Below, piece by piece: positions 36,060 to 49,879 of a DNA stretch of 64,000 bases; the stretch's first letter is position 1, and the number at the start of each line of letters is the position of its first letter. The DNA lies in assembly GCF_030144855.1 (NCBI RefSeq), contig NC_082731.1, forward strand, positions 11,532,001-11,596,000, in the 5' to 3' direction. The DNA comes from Hypanus sabinus (taxonomy: Eukaryota). The position numbers and the translations under genes were made by a program. The notes below the pieces were generated by a model. That model was not told the origin of the DNA, ran no database searches, and saw nothing but the letters and a program-made list of their open reading frames with translations.

Positions 36060-38420
36060 TGGATAGGGTAGAGTTTGTTAGGTGTGTTCAGAAAGGTTTG
36101 CTGAAGTAATATGTACAGACGTTTGTAGGTGAGCCAACTAGAGGAGAGGTTGTACATGATCTGTTATTGGGAAATGAACCTAGTCAGTTGTCAGATTACT
36201 TGGTGGGAGAGCATTTTGGAGGTAGTGATCAGAACTCTATCTCATTTACTATAATGCCGGAGAGGGATAGGGGTGGACAGTTTGGGAAAACATTTAATTG
36301 GATTGGGGGACGCAGGATACTATTAGGCAGAAACATCGGAGCATAAATTGCGACCAGATGTTTTCAGGGTAATGCTCAGAGAACATTTGCATGGTGTTCT
36401 GCATAGGTCTGTTCCATTGAGGCAGGGAAAGGATTGTAGGGTAAAAGAAACAAGATGTACAAAGGATCTATAAAATCTAGTTAAGAAGAAAAGAAAAGCT
36501 TATGAAAGTTTCAAGAAACGAGGTAATGTCAGAGCTGTAGAAAATTACAAGGTTGCCAGGAAGGAGTTTAAGAATTAAATTAGGAGAGCAATAAGTGGCC
36601 TTAAGAAGGACTTGGCAAGAAGGATTAAGGAAATTCCCAAGGTGTTCTTAAGTACGCAAAGAGGAAGAGGATAAGCCATGTGAGAATAGGACCAATCAGG
36701 TGCGATAGTGGAACCATGCGCATGGAGTCGGAGGAGGTAGTGGACATACTTAATGAATACCTTTGTTTCAGTATTCACGAGAGAAAAGGATCTTGGCAAT
36801 TGTGGAGATGACTTACAGGGGGCTGAAATGCTTGAGCATATAGATATTAAGAAAAAGGATGTGCTGGAGCTTTTGAAAGACATTACGTTAGATAGGTCTC
36901 CCGGTCTGGACGAGATGTATTCCAGGTTACTGTTCGAAGTGAGGGAGGAGATTGCTGAGCCTTTGGCAATGATCTTTACATCATCAATAAGGACGAGAGA
37001 AGTACCAGAGGATTCGAGGACTGCAAATATTGTTCGCTTGTTCACGAAAGGGAGTAGAGATAACCCAGGAAATTATAGACCAGTGACTCCTACTTCAGTT
37101 GTGGGCAAATTGTTGGAGAAGATCCTGAGATGCCTGATTTATGAGTATTTGGAGAGACATAATCTGATTAGAGATAGTTGGATTGTCTTTGTCAAGGGTA
37201 GTCATTTCCTACAAGCCTAATCAAATTCTTTGAGGATGTAGAAAAACACATTGGTGAAGGTAGATCAGTGAATATAGTGCATATGGATTTCAGTAAGGCC
37301 TTTGATTAGGTTCCTCATACAAGGCTCATACTGAAAATAAGGAGGCATGGGATTCAAGGAGACCTTGCTTTGAGGATTCAGAATTGGCTTGCCACAGAAG
37401 GCAAACGGTGGTTGTAGATGGTTCGTATTCTGCATGGAGGTTGGTGATGACTGGTATTCTGTAGGGATCGGTTCTGGGACCCCTCCTCTTTGTGGTTTTT
37501 ATAAATTACCTGGATGAGGAAGTAGAAGGGTGGATTAGTGAGTTTGCTGATGATACAAAAGTTGGGGACATTATGGATAGTCTGGAGGGTTGTCGGAGGT
37601 TACAGCACGACATCGATAGGATGTAGAACTGGGCTGAGAAGTGGCAGATGGAGTTCAACCCAGATAATTGTGAAGTGGTTCATTTGGTAGGTCAAATTTG
37701 AAGGCGGAATATCATATTAATGGTTAGACTTTTGGCAGTGTAGAGGATCAGAGAGATCCATAGGATCTCAAAGCTGATGTGCGGCTTGACAGTGCTGTTA
37801 AGAAGGTGTATAGGGTGTTGGCTTTCGTCAACCGTGGGATTGAGTTCAAGACCTAAAGGAAATGTTGCAGCTATATAAGACCTTGGTTATACCCCACTTG
37901 GAATATTGTGTTCTGTTCTGGTCACCTCGCTACAGGAAGGATGGGGATACTATAGAGAGAGCGCAGGGGAGATTTACAATGATGATGCCTGGATTGGAGA
38001 GGTTGGCCTTTTCTCCTTGGAGTGATGGAGGATGAGATGTGAACTGATAGAGGAGTATAATATGATGAGAGGCATTGATCATCTGGATAGCCAGAGGCTT
38101 TTTCACAGGGCTGAAATAGCTATCATGAGGGGACGTAGTTTGAAATGCTTGGACGTAAGTATAGAGGGTATGTCAGAGGTAAGTTCTTCAACCAGAGAGT
38201 GGTGGATGAATGGAGTGTATTGTTAGCAGTGGTGGTAGAGGTATTTTAAGAGACTTTTAGATGGGTACATCGAGCTTAGAACAATTTCCTGATGTAGCGA
38301 AATTCTAGGCATCTTCTAGAGTAGGTTACATGGTCGGGACAACATTGTTGTCCAAAAGGCCTCTTACGTGCTGTAGATTTCTATGTTCTACATTCTATAT
38401 TCTATATTCTATTCTCTATT
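36060..38420 (+). mobile_element. CR1 LINE ORF2 (degenerate)
   Basis: ORF 36753-37220 (FVSVFTREKD, SPGLDEMY.RLL.EVREEIAEPLAMIF, DNPGNYRPV); MDFSKAFD and EFADDTK remnants; (TTCTATG/TTCTATA)n tail. Confidence 0.9.
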
Positions 38421-38479
38421 TTCTCGGACATGGCTGCGGGTTTCTGCCTATTCTGGATGTTTTTAACTCTTATTCCCGA

Positions 38480-41400
38480 TGAGGCACCAATCTGCTCATC
38501 TTCAGCACTCCATTGTCCTCTTTGAACCTTACATCCTCTGTACTCACTGTCGTCCACTCTTTTTGCACCAATATTAATCTCACCATCAAACTTGCAGCAA
38601 AGGGGATTGCTGTTATCAAGTGGCAGACTGTGCGCTACCTTGATGAGGCAACTCTCCTCTTAGACCCTCTCTTGCTTTCCAGAGAAAAGGATCACACATA
38701 AGACCATCAGGATATTATCTCCTATAATATCACCAAACTCATCAACAGACAGACAGACAGACGGACAGACATACTTTATTGATCCCGAGGGAAATTGGGT
38801 TTTGTTACAGTTGCACCAAGCAAGAATTGTGTAGAAATATAGCAATGTAAAACCATAAATAATTAAACAATAATAATAAGTTAATCATGCCAAGTGGAAA
38901 TAAGTCCAGGACCAGCCTATTGGCTCAGGTGTCTGACACTCCGAGGGAAGAGTTGTAAAGTTTGATGGTCAAAGGCAGGAATGAGTTCCTATGCCGCTCA
39001 GTGTTACATCTCGGTGAAATGAGTCTCTGGCTGAATGTACTCCTGTGCCTAACCAGTCCATTATGGAGTGGATGGGAGATATTGTCCAAGATGGCACGCA
39101 ACTTGGACTGCATCCTCTTTTCAGACACCACCGTCAGAGAGTCCAGTTCCACTCCCATAACATCACTGGCCTTACGAATGAGTTTGTTGATTCTGTTGGT
39201 GTCTGCTACCCTCAGCCTGCTGCCCCAGCACACAACTGCAAACATGATAGCACTGGCCACCACAGACTCATAGAACATTCTCAGCATCATCCGGCGGATT
39301 TTAAAGGATCTCAGTCCCCTCAGGAAGTAGTGACGGCTCTGACCCTTCGTGCAAACAGCCTCAGTGTTCTTTGACCAGTCCAGTTTATTGTCAATTCGGA
39401 TCCCCAGGTACTTGTAATCCTCCACCATGTCCACACTGACCCCTTGGGTGGAAACACTGGTCACCGGTGTCTTAGCCCTCCTCAGGTCCAGCACCAGCAC
39501 CTTAGTCTTTTTCACATTAAGCTGCAGATTATTCTGCTCACACCATGTGACAAATTTTCCCACCATAGCCCTGTACTCTACCTCATCTCCCTTGTTGATG
39601 CATCCAACTATGACAGAGTCATCAGAACACTTCTGAAGATGGCAAGACTCTATGCAGTAGTTGAAGTCCGAGGTGCAGATGGAGAAAAGAAAGGGAGACT
39701 GGACAGTCCCCTGTGGAGCTTCAGTACTGCTGACCACTCTGTCTGACACACAGTGTTGCAAGCGCACGTACTGTGGTCTGCTAGTCAGGTAATCAATAAT
39801 CCATGACACCAGGGAAGCATCCACCTGCATCACTGTCAGCTTCTCACCCAGCAGAGCAGGGCAGATGGTATTGAACGCACTGGAGAAGTCAAAAAACATG
39901 ACCCTTACAGTGCTCGCTGGCTTGTTCAGGTGGGAGTAGACACGGTTCAGCAGGTAGTAGATGGCATCCTCAACTCCTAGGCGGGGCTGGTAGGCAAACT
40001 GGAAGGGGTCTAAATGTGGCCTAACCATAGGCCGGAGCTGCTCGAGAACAAGTCTATCCAGGGTCTTCATGATGTAGGAGGTCAATGCCACCGGTCTGTA
40101 GTTATTGGAGCCACTGGGGCGCGGCGTCTTCGGTACAGGAACAAGGCAGGATGTCTTCCACATCACAGGAACCCTTCAGGTTGAAGACATGGTGAAGTAC
40201 TCTACATACCTGGGGAGCACAGGCTTTGAGCACTCTGGGGCTGAAACCATCCGGGCCTGCAGCCTTGCTTGGGTGGAGACGTTTCAGCTGTCTTCTCACC
40301 TGTTCAGCTGTGAAGCCCACTGTGGTGGTTTCAGGTGGAGGAGGGGTGTAGTCATGAGAGCAGGGTGAGGGGCTGTGAGGAGGGGCAGGAGGGGAGAGTG
40401 GAGTATGTGTTGGTTGGGGGCCGACAACAGATGAATCATGTGGGGGATGGGCATGGGCCACAGAGTCAAATCTGTTGAAGAACAGTTTAAGCTCGTTGGC
40501 CCTGTCCACACTGCCTTCAGCTCCTCTGTTGCTAGTTTGCCGGAACCCAGTGATGGTCCTCATCACACTCCAGACATCTCTCATGTTCGTCTGCTGGAGT
40601 TTCCACTCAAGCTTCCTGATATACCTGTCTTTAGCCTCCCTGAACTTGGCTTTCAGATCCCTCTGTATTGTCAGCTCCTCCATATGTCCATCTCTAAACG
40701 CCCTCTTTTTAATGTTCAGGATGTCCTTAATGTCCTTCTTTACCCATGGCTTGTTATTTGAATAACAAAGGACAGTTCTTGCCGGAATATTGCAGTCCAC
40801 TCAGAAATTGATATAACCAGTGATGCACTCTGTGAGCCCATCAATGTCCTCTCCATGTGGCGCACAGAGTGCCCGCCAGTCTGTCACCTCAAAATAACCC
40901 TGGAGTGCCTCATAAGCTTCCCCCGAACATTTCCTCACTGTCCTCGAGGTTGCAGGTTTACTCTTCACCAGAGGCATGCAGCAGGCATCAACTCTGAAGA
41001 TATCCAATTCACTGCCAGCAACCTCATTCTCCATTGACCCCACACTGCTCATTTCTACTTCTTACCCAAGGTCCAAGACCCGACTCTCTGGGTGAGCACA
41101 TTGTTTCCATTTGCTTCTGCCCCACTGAGCTCGTCTCATTTCTCAATGCCAATCTATTCCCCTTGGTTCAGTTCTTTCTCACATACATCCGTGATATTTC
41201 AATTGCTGTTGATCTCGTCAGCAATTTAAAATTACGTGGCCCTGATTACTCATCTTTACCATGAATGTCCAGTCTCTAAATACTTCTATCCCCGATCAAT
41301 AAGGCCTTAAAGCCCTCCATCCTTGTGATCACTCCTGACCAGTTCCTCTCTACCACCACTCTCCTCCATCTGACTGAACAGGACTTCACCCTCTATAGCT

Positions 41401-42850
41401 TCTCTTTCTGTTCCTTCCACTTTTTCCAAACTCAATGTACAGCAGTGGACATTGGCATGGACCCCAAATATACCTGCCTTTTCATTGGCTATATGGAACA
41501 GTCCATATTCCAACCCTTCCCTGGTAAGAGTGGCAGGAATCCTCAAAAACATTTTGGGCTCTTTATATACAAAGTTCCCAGTAAAGGTCACAAAAAAAAG
41601 GGGGGGAGACCCCAGTGATTCTCTCAGCAGATTTTACTATTCTCCATAAGATCTTGAGGCCCAGGGCCCTGCAGCTTCTGTACCACACAATGATGCAGCA
41701 AACAGGACATACTTAAAGGTGCTCCTGTAGAAATCTGTTAGAATGGGAGTGGGGAGCCTTGCACGCCTCAGTCTCCTCAGAAAGCCCTACATTGATGTCT
41801 ACATTGGTGCTGCTTCAGGCACCCATGCTGAGCTCATCAATTCTATAATTTTTGCCTGCAACTTCCACCTTGCCCTTAAATTCACTTGGTCCATTTCTGA
41901 CACCTATCTCTGTCCTCACCTTAGTAGACAAACAGTCTGCAGATATTTTTTATAAGCCCACTAAATCCCACAACTACAACTCCCGATGAAGGGTTTCGGC
42001 CCGAAACTTCGTCTCTACCTTCTCCCATAGATGTTGACTGGCCTGCTGAGTTCTGCCAGCATTTTGTGTTTTTTATTTAATTCCCACAACTATCTTGCTT
42101 ATGCTTCTTCCCAGACTGGCTCCTGTAAAAATATCATTCGCAATTTCAAGTATTTCATTTCCACCGCATCTGTTCCGTGCATGAGAATTTCCTTTCCAGG
42201 ACATCAGAAATGTTTCCCTTCCTCCAAAATAGATGCTTCCTTCACCCACATCCCCTCCCTTTCTCAGTCATCTGTGCTCACCCCATCTTCCGACCACATT
42301 AACAGCGATAGAGATCCTATTGTCCACCCCTAACATCCTATAAGACTCCACATCCAGCACATTATTCATCATAACTTCTGGCATCCTAAACTTGACCTAA
42401 ACAACAGACACATCTTTATTTCCCCCCCTCCACTTTCAGCAAGGATTTCCTCTCTCTCTGATTCTAATGTCCAATCGTCCCCCTCCATTCTGAGCCCCAA
42501 TCTGTCTTTCCAGGTGAGGCAACATTTCACAAGCATATCTGCAAATCCCAGTGTGACCTTCTCAACATTGGTGAGACCTGATGTACAGTAGATTGGGGGA
42601 CCACAATGTTGAGCACCTCCGCTCTATCCGCAAAAAGCGATATTTGCCATGGCCAACTATGTTGGGTCCTTCCACCACTCTTGTTCTGATGTATCATTCC
42701 AGGCCTGTTCTTCTGCCACACTGATCCCCTCACCGGTTGGAGGAGCAAGACTACTTATTCAGTCTCGGTAGCTTCCAAACTGATGACATGAATATCAACT
42801 TCTCCAACATCCAGTATTTCCTCACCCCCTTCCCCCTCTTCAGTTCACCA
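38480..42850 (+). mobile_element. Fragmented Penelope-like element(s) hosting Rex1/Babar insertions
   Basis: PLE text IKLAAKG.AV..W (38580), resuming at 40986; AVDIGMDPKYTCLFIGYMEQS; KFTWSISD; GIY-YIG remnants to about 42800. Confidence 0.75.
38747..40985 (-). mobile_element. Young Rex1/Babar LINE with an open 413-aa RT/C-terminal ORF
   Basis: ORF 38925-40166 (YRPVALTS, DPFQFAYQ, MFFDFSSAFNT, PQGTVQSPFLF, SDDS); upstream ORF 40102-40800; AATAAA plus (TGTC)n tail; TSD CATCAAC at 38740-46 and 40986-92. Confidence 0.93.
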
Positions 42851-43179
42851 CTTTGGCATCTTAATATTTGTTGATGGTCTTTCAGGGAAAGCTCTTTGTC
42901 ACACCTCACTGTAAGGTGTGAGTAAGCCTGCTCAATGAGGGTTACCAGTTGGAAATAAATGCTGTAAACCACAACAGCACTTTAGTTCAAGGGGTTTTAT
43001 TTAATGCCAAGTTTTTTAAAAAGTATTTACTAATAGACAAATGAAAACAAACATGTCCAAAAATTTACAAATATATGGAGGCTTTCACTATGATACACTT
43101 TGTCATCACATCTGATGACTTTTGCCATGCTGTTGTGCATTTCAGGAAATCTAATCATCTGGCTGTTCTCCTGTCTGCA

Positions 43180-45130
43180 GGCAGAGACTAGGAAGCAAGT
43201 CTCTCGATGTAAGGACAACAAAGAGATGGTCCCTCCCTGGAATCCAGGATTACTTTCAGTAGGTAGACTACGCCATGTTCAAGGATTCATCAGACATACT
43301 GTAACAACAATCGTGGACGAGTGTGTACCCACAAAATCATTCAGAGTCCTCCTCAACCAGAAGCTCTCAATGAATCAACAGATCTGCAATATGCTGTGGA
43401 CCAGATCAGTGACATTCAGGTCTGGTGATCAATTAAAAATACTTAGGTCCAGATACAAGCTCAGGAAAGCCATCATATGCAAAGTGGCATTTTGGGTCAG
43501 AACATGAACCACAGAAGCATCTTTAAAAGTTGTGATAAGGCTTGAATGCTATCATCTCCAACAAAATGAAACCATGTGACATATGTGACAACAATGTTTT
43601 ACTTCTAGATGCTTCTTATGTTTGCTTTGACTGACAAAACACCCTCGGTGAATTTGCAGTTTAGCCTCCAGGACTGACCTGAGAGCATCCTTCAGGAAGG
43701 TGAACTCCAGGAAAACATTTGGAGCAGATACTTCAGTGCCTTGCCAAGTTCTGAAGGCCTGTGATATTCAACTAGCTGGAATGTTCACTGGTCTTTAACC
43801 TCTTGCTTCATCAGTCTGTGGTATCCAGCTGCTTCAAGTAAGATTCATTTATACCACCAAGAAGAACGTGGCAATTTGCCTTAATGACTATTGACATCTT
43901 GACTTATTGACACCTTGACTTGACTATTGGTAACTTGACTTATGACATCCACTATCATGGAGTGCTTTCAGAGGCTGGTGATGATGCATATCAACATCTG
44001 CCTGAGAAACAACTTAAATCAAGTCCAATTTGCCTACCGTCACAAAAGGTTAACAGCAGGTGCTATTCATTGGTGCTTCATCCAACCCTTAACCATCTGG
44101 ACAGTGAAAATGCATACATCAGGATGCTCTCCTTTGACTACTGCTCTGCATTAAACACCACCATCCTTTCAAAACTAATCAATAAGCTCAAAGCCAAGGC
44201 CTCAGTACCTCCTTGTTCAAATGGAACCTCAATTTCCTCACCTGCAGACCCCAGTCAATGCCAATTTAAAACACCATCTCTTCCAGAATTACCATCAATA
44301 CAGGTGCACCATAAGGATGTGTGCTTAGCCCCCTGCACTACTCACCTGTGTTCATGACTGTGAAGCTAAGTCAGCTGCAACTGCATATCTAAGTTTGCTG
44401 ATGACAGTATTGTTGTGGCTCCAATCAAATATCATGGCGACTGAGCATATCACAGTGGAAGGTTGAAAATCTGACTGAATGATGCCAGAACAACATCCTC
44501 TCCTGCAATGTCAGCCAGGTCACAGGCCTGCTTGTTGACTACAGGAGAAGGTAACCAGAGTTCCATAGTGCAGCTGTCATCAGCGGCAGCAAGAGTCAGC
44601 ATCTTTAAATTCCTCATCCTTCTCATTCCAAAGGATGTACCCTAGGTCCAGCATGTCAGTGCCACTACATAGAAGGCATGACAACAGCTCTACTTGCTTA
44701 GAGGTTTGCCAGATGTGGCATATCATCTAAAACGTTGATAAACCTCTATACATAAAAATTCTACTGAATGAGTGCATGATGGCCTGCTATGAGAACAATA
44801 ATGCCCTTGAATGGATAGAAAATTCTTGAAAAAGTAGTGGACCATCACAGTTAAATCCTCCCCATCACTGAGTGCATTTGTAAAGGAGTGCTGTTACAGC
44901 AAAGAAGCATTCATCATCAAAGACCTGCATCGTCCAGGCCTTGCCCTCATTTCCCTGCTGCCTGCAGGAAGGAGGTACCACAAGATTCAGGAATACTTAT
45001 TTAAATTTAACCATCAGGCTTTTGAATCAGTGGGAATATCTTCATTCACACCACAATGTAGTGATTCCACAACCTATGGATGCACTTTTAAGGACTCTAC
45101 AATTCAAATTCTTGAAATTTATTTCTTATT
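43180..45130 (+). mobile_element. Degenerate Rex1/Babar LINE
   Basis: TSTIMECFQRLVM, QVQFAYRH, RMLSFDYCSALNT, KFADD remnants. Confidence 0.8.
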
Positions 45131-45599
45131 GATTTTTAATGTTCTTTATTTTTTCTGTGATGAAGCTGGCAAAACCAGAGGAACAGGCATTGTGAAACTC
45201 ATTCATCGTTCTATTGCTGAGAACTTTCAGACTCTTCTAGAGGTGCTTAATATTGTGTCTTTTTGGAGATTTACATAAATATTGCCAAATAGGACAACAT
45301 GTTTAAGGTTTTGGGTATCGTGATCTTAGAAAGATAACAGATGTAGGCGTTACTTTTGGGACATAGTCATATTCATGTTTCAATTTGCTCTTTTAATTCA
45401 GCATATTTCTGTTGTGTTTCACTTCTTGATTTGTGTATGTTGAGTGTGTTTGGAATGGCTGTAAGTTGTTCCTGCTTGCTTATCTGTAATATTATATCCG
45501 GATGGGTCCTATCTGTAATAATGTATCGATCGTAATATTATTTTAGGACTCCGAGTCTAAAATTTGATCAGCCTTTCATTTATGGTAAAGTATAATGTC

Positions 45600-46315
45600 T
45601 TTCATGAACATAGTTTCTGCAATGGGAAATTTTGCCAAGAAATCTGTTAGAGTTCTTCGAGGAATTAACAAGCAGGGTGGACAATGGAGAGGCAGTGGAT
45701 TCCACTTACTTGCATTTTCTGAAGGCTGCTTAACAAGGTAGACTCGCATACAGGAAAGATACTGGCATGGATAGAGAAATGGCTGACAGGCAGGAGGCAG
45801 CAACATGGGAACAAAGGAGGCCTATTCTGGTTTGCTGTCCTTGACCAGTGGAGTTACTCAGGTGTCAGTATGGGACCACTACTTTTCACATTCTTTGTCA
45901 GTAATATATATCATGGAATTAATGGCCTTGTGGCAAAGTTTGCAGATGATACAAAGATAGCTGGGGTAGATGGTGCTGAGAAAGCAATGTGATAGAAGCA
46001 GGATGTAGACAAATTGGCAGAACGGACAGAAGAGTGGCAGATGGAATACAGTGTTCAGAAATGCATGCCAATGTATTTTGCTGAAAGGAACAGAGTGCAG
46101 ACTATTATCTAAAATCGGAGAAAATTCAAATATCAGAGATGCAAAGGGACTCAGGAGTCCTCATGCAAGACTCCAAAAAGGTTAAGTTACAGGTTGAGTC
46201 TGTGGTAAATAAGGCAAATGCAATGTTGACAGTCATTTCAAGGGGAATAAAATATAAGAATGAGGAGATCATGCTGAGGCCTTATACAACACTAGTCAGG
46301 CCATACTTGGAATAA
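45600..46315 (+). mobile_element. CR1 RT fragment, cut by a Penelope-like insertion
   Basis: LLEFFEE, SGV.QVS..GPLLF, AKFADDTK, WQMEYS..KC, LVRPYLE segments. Confidence 0.82.
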
Positions 46316-47410
46316 TGTCAAACACGAGGAAATGTGCAGATGCTGGAAGTTCAAGCAACACACACAAAATGTTGGTGGAATGCAGCAGGCCAGGCAGCAT
46401 CTATAGGGAGAAGCGCTGTCGACGTTTCAGGCCGAGACCCTTCGTCAGGACTAACTGTAAGAGATTTGAAAGTAGGAGGGGGAGGGGAAAATGCAAAATG
46501 ATAGGAGAAGACCGGAGGGAGTGGGGTGAAGCTGAGAGCCAGACAAATGATTGGCAAAAGGGATACAGAGCTAGAGAAGGGAAAGGATCATGGGACAGGA
46601 GGCCTAAGGCGAAAGAAAGGGGGAGGGGAGCACCAGAGGGAGATGGAGAACAGGCAGTGTGATGGGCAGAGAGAGAGAAAAAAACTAAATATATCAGGGA
46701 TAGGTTAGGAAGGGGAGTGGCATTAGCAGAAGTTAGAGAAGTCAATGTTCATGCCTTCAGGTTGGAGGCTACCCAGCCGGTATATAAGGTGTTGTTCCTC
46801 CAACGTGAATTTGGCCTCATCTTGACAGTCGAGGAGGCCATGGATAAACATATCAGAATGGAAATGGGATGTGGAATTAAAATGCATGACCACTGGGAGA
46901 TCCTGCTTTCTCTGGCGGACAGAGCGTAGGTGTTCAGTGAAACGGTCTTCCAGTCTGCGTCGTGTCTCTCCAATATATAAAAGGTCACACCGGGAGCACC
47001 GGACGCAGTATACCACACCAGCCAACTCACAGGTGAAATGTCGCCTCACCTGGAAGGACTGTCTGGGGCCCTGAATGGTGGTGAGGGAGGAAGTGTAAGG
47101 GCCGGTCTAGCACTTGTTCCGTTTACAAGGATAAGTGCCAGGAGGGAGATCGGTGGGAAGGGATTGGTGGGGGGGGGGGGATGAATGGACAAGGAAGTCG
47201 CGTAGGAAGTGATCCATGTGGAATACAGAAAGGGGGGGGGGCAGGAAAAGATGTGCTTGGTAGTGGGATCCCGTTGGAGGTGGCGGAAGTTACGGAGAAT
47301 TATATGTTGGATCCGGAGGCTGGTGGGGTTATAGGTGAGGAGAAGGGGAACCTTATCCCAAGTGGGGTGGTTGGCGGATGGGGTGAGGGCAGATGTGCGG
47401 GAAACTCAAA
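46316..47410 (-). mobile_element. Young Penelope-like 3' portion (GIY-YIG plus terminal repeat)
   Basis: ORF 46723-47049 VVYCVRCSRCDLLYIGETRRRLEDRFTEH..EEQHLIYRLGSLQP.GMNIDFSNF; well-preserved terminal repeat. Confidence 0.92.
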
Positions 47411-49879
47411 CGCATCTCTCCTAAGTTTCATGGACATTGCTTGGGAGATTTATCTGTTACAAACCATTCAATGGACAAATGTACATTAAGTGTAGACTGT
47501 TGACGGATTATTTAAAAGGGTGATTTTCAAAGATGCAGTTAACTGTGGAGGTGCACAGCATTATTTAATGAAGCAAACATTAAATAATGTTAATCAATTA
47601 GCATTAAATAATGCTACCAGGATTATACCATTCCAGATTTTTAAGATGGTTACTTGTACTGCATAGAAATACCCATTTATCAAATAAGTCTTTGTTAGTA
47701 TTATGCTTAACTATATTAATCTGACTTGTCTGCATTAATTTTCTGCCTTGTCTATTTAAGCAATTGTCCAAATGACTTAATTGTTACTGCTTTGCCACCT
47801 CCACCCCTGGCATCTCATTCCAGACACTGAACTATTTTGTTTGAAGTGTATCCTTCACATGATGTTTAAATCTGCACCCTTTAGTGTTAGTCCATTTTTT
47901 CTGCTGTATCTATGCCTGGGGTTTTATATACCTCAACCACATCACCTCTCAGTTTCCTCATTCCAGGAGAGGCTAAACAAAAACAAAACCAAAATTCCTT
48001 ACACCTCAAGCCCAACCAATATTGTGCACTGCTGAAACAAGATGTCCCTCTTTTAATATACTTAGATAATTCAAATTGCCCACACAAACCAACCCTGAAG
48101 TCTTCATGCAAACCAAACTAATCGTGGTTTTCTAGGTACAGTCCACTTAGGCTCAGCATAAACTTCCCAGACTAAACGCCAGTTTACTGAAATGATTGAT
48201 GCATGAAGCCACTGAAGAATCAAGATGTAGCTGAACAGCATATTTTGCATTTCTGTGCCAGTCATTAATGCCTGTTCCATGTTAGGACAAATATGATCAA
48301 ATGTTTGAGAACTAATCAGTTTTTTTTTAAATTCCTGGTAGGGACCTGTTGTTCAAGCTCACTTTATGAAAAGTGGGAACAGAATTAGTACCTTCACTAC
48401 TGCAAGACTGCCATTGATTATACCTCAGACAGTTCAGTTGCAGAGTCTTGAAATCACCCTAGAACCAAATGTCATTTATATTAGAAGCCAATATCCATTT
48501 TTTAACTCTTAATTGATTCAGTCTATACTATCAACGATGCCTCACCTATTTATAGGTTTGGCTTGGGCTGCAATCCTTCAAGTAATTTACAAATTAAATT
48601 GTGTTTATAAACTTAAAGACACAGACCGAATTACATTAAACATGAGGGGTTTGAATACTAACCAGAGATCTAGATCTAAACTGGTCCTTTGGCTCAGATC
48701 ATCAACACTGACCAAGATATCTGAGATAGAATCACATCTCCATGAACTGATTAGATTAAATGTTATGGAGATGCACTGCAACATCAAGAAAGTAATTCAA
48801 CATTCAACGATTTTTTTAAAGAACAATATTTAATCTAATTCATCATTACCTTCGATTCGAAGCATGAAGTTCACAAAAACTGTCAGTATGTCACATTTTT
48901 GAGGACCAAGAGGCAGAATTATTTTGGTGCTGCGTTCCATGTTTTCACCGTTTCATGTTGAACACCATCTAGCGGTCGACTTTAAGCTGCATCAGTGAAA
49001 TAGAAGAAATATGGTCTCCTTTGCTATCAACGAAGTTCATGGCAAATGTGATGAGTTAGTGGAGTTGACGAGTCCTAGAACATGAGCCCATATGTAAAAA
49101 AGATGTCTCAGATTATATGTTGCCAAGATGTCATGGAAGGCTCTTCAATGGTTTAATTTAATATCAGAGAATGTATGCAGCATACAACTTGATATTCCTA
49201 CTCTTCACAGACATCCATGAAACTGAAAAAAAACCCAAAGAATGAATGACAGAAACATTAGAACCCCAAAGCCTTCCCACACAGAAACAGCAACAAAAGC
49301 TTTATTCTCCCCCTCTTCTCACCAGCTCCAGCAAAAACTCAACCCCTCACCCCACCGTGCATGCAAACGGAAAGATCGCAAAGATCTAGATTTATGTTAT
49401 TACCATTGATAATGAACCGACGCAACCATTTACATACCTCAGAAAAGCAAATTACTTCATTCAAAAAAAAGTTTATTTGCTTTATATGGCAGTGCTAATC
49501 TGTTTTAATTTGTACCTTAATGATTTTTATCCATCAACCTGGAGTAATTCATGGGATTGCAGAATAGCTATTTAATCAAATCATTAATTCTACTGTTGAT
49601 TTTGCTACATAATCTGATTTATTGTCTTCTAGTTCTCCTCTGGATTAATCTTAACTACATTGCCTTGTTCTTGAGAAGAGTTAAATAAGCCCTTATGTTT
49701 AGTTGGATGTATCTGAGGTGTGAGTAGGAGATATTGCTTTAATCAGAACAGTCTTTGATTACGAATGTGTTGTTTATATGTCAGGCTCACCAGTGATCTT
49801 TAAACTCCAAGATAAAGTTCAAGCTCAAGATATGTTGTGTTATGTTGTGGTACTATTAAATCGTCACCACTTTCAGCAT

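Noticed and set aside
48963-48975. CTCF-like motifs here (CCGCTAGATGGTG) and in the LTR at 10484-10496
   Set aside because: A degenerate 13-mer with a mismatch is expected roughly this often by chance in 64 kb; it needs ChIP or conservation evidence.
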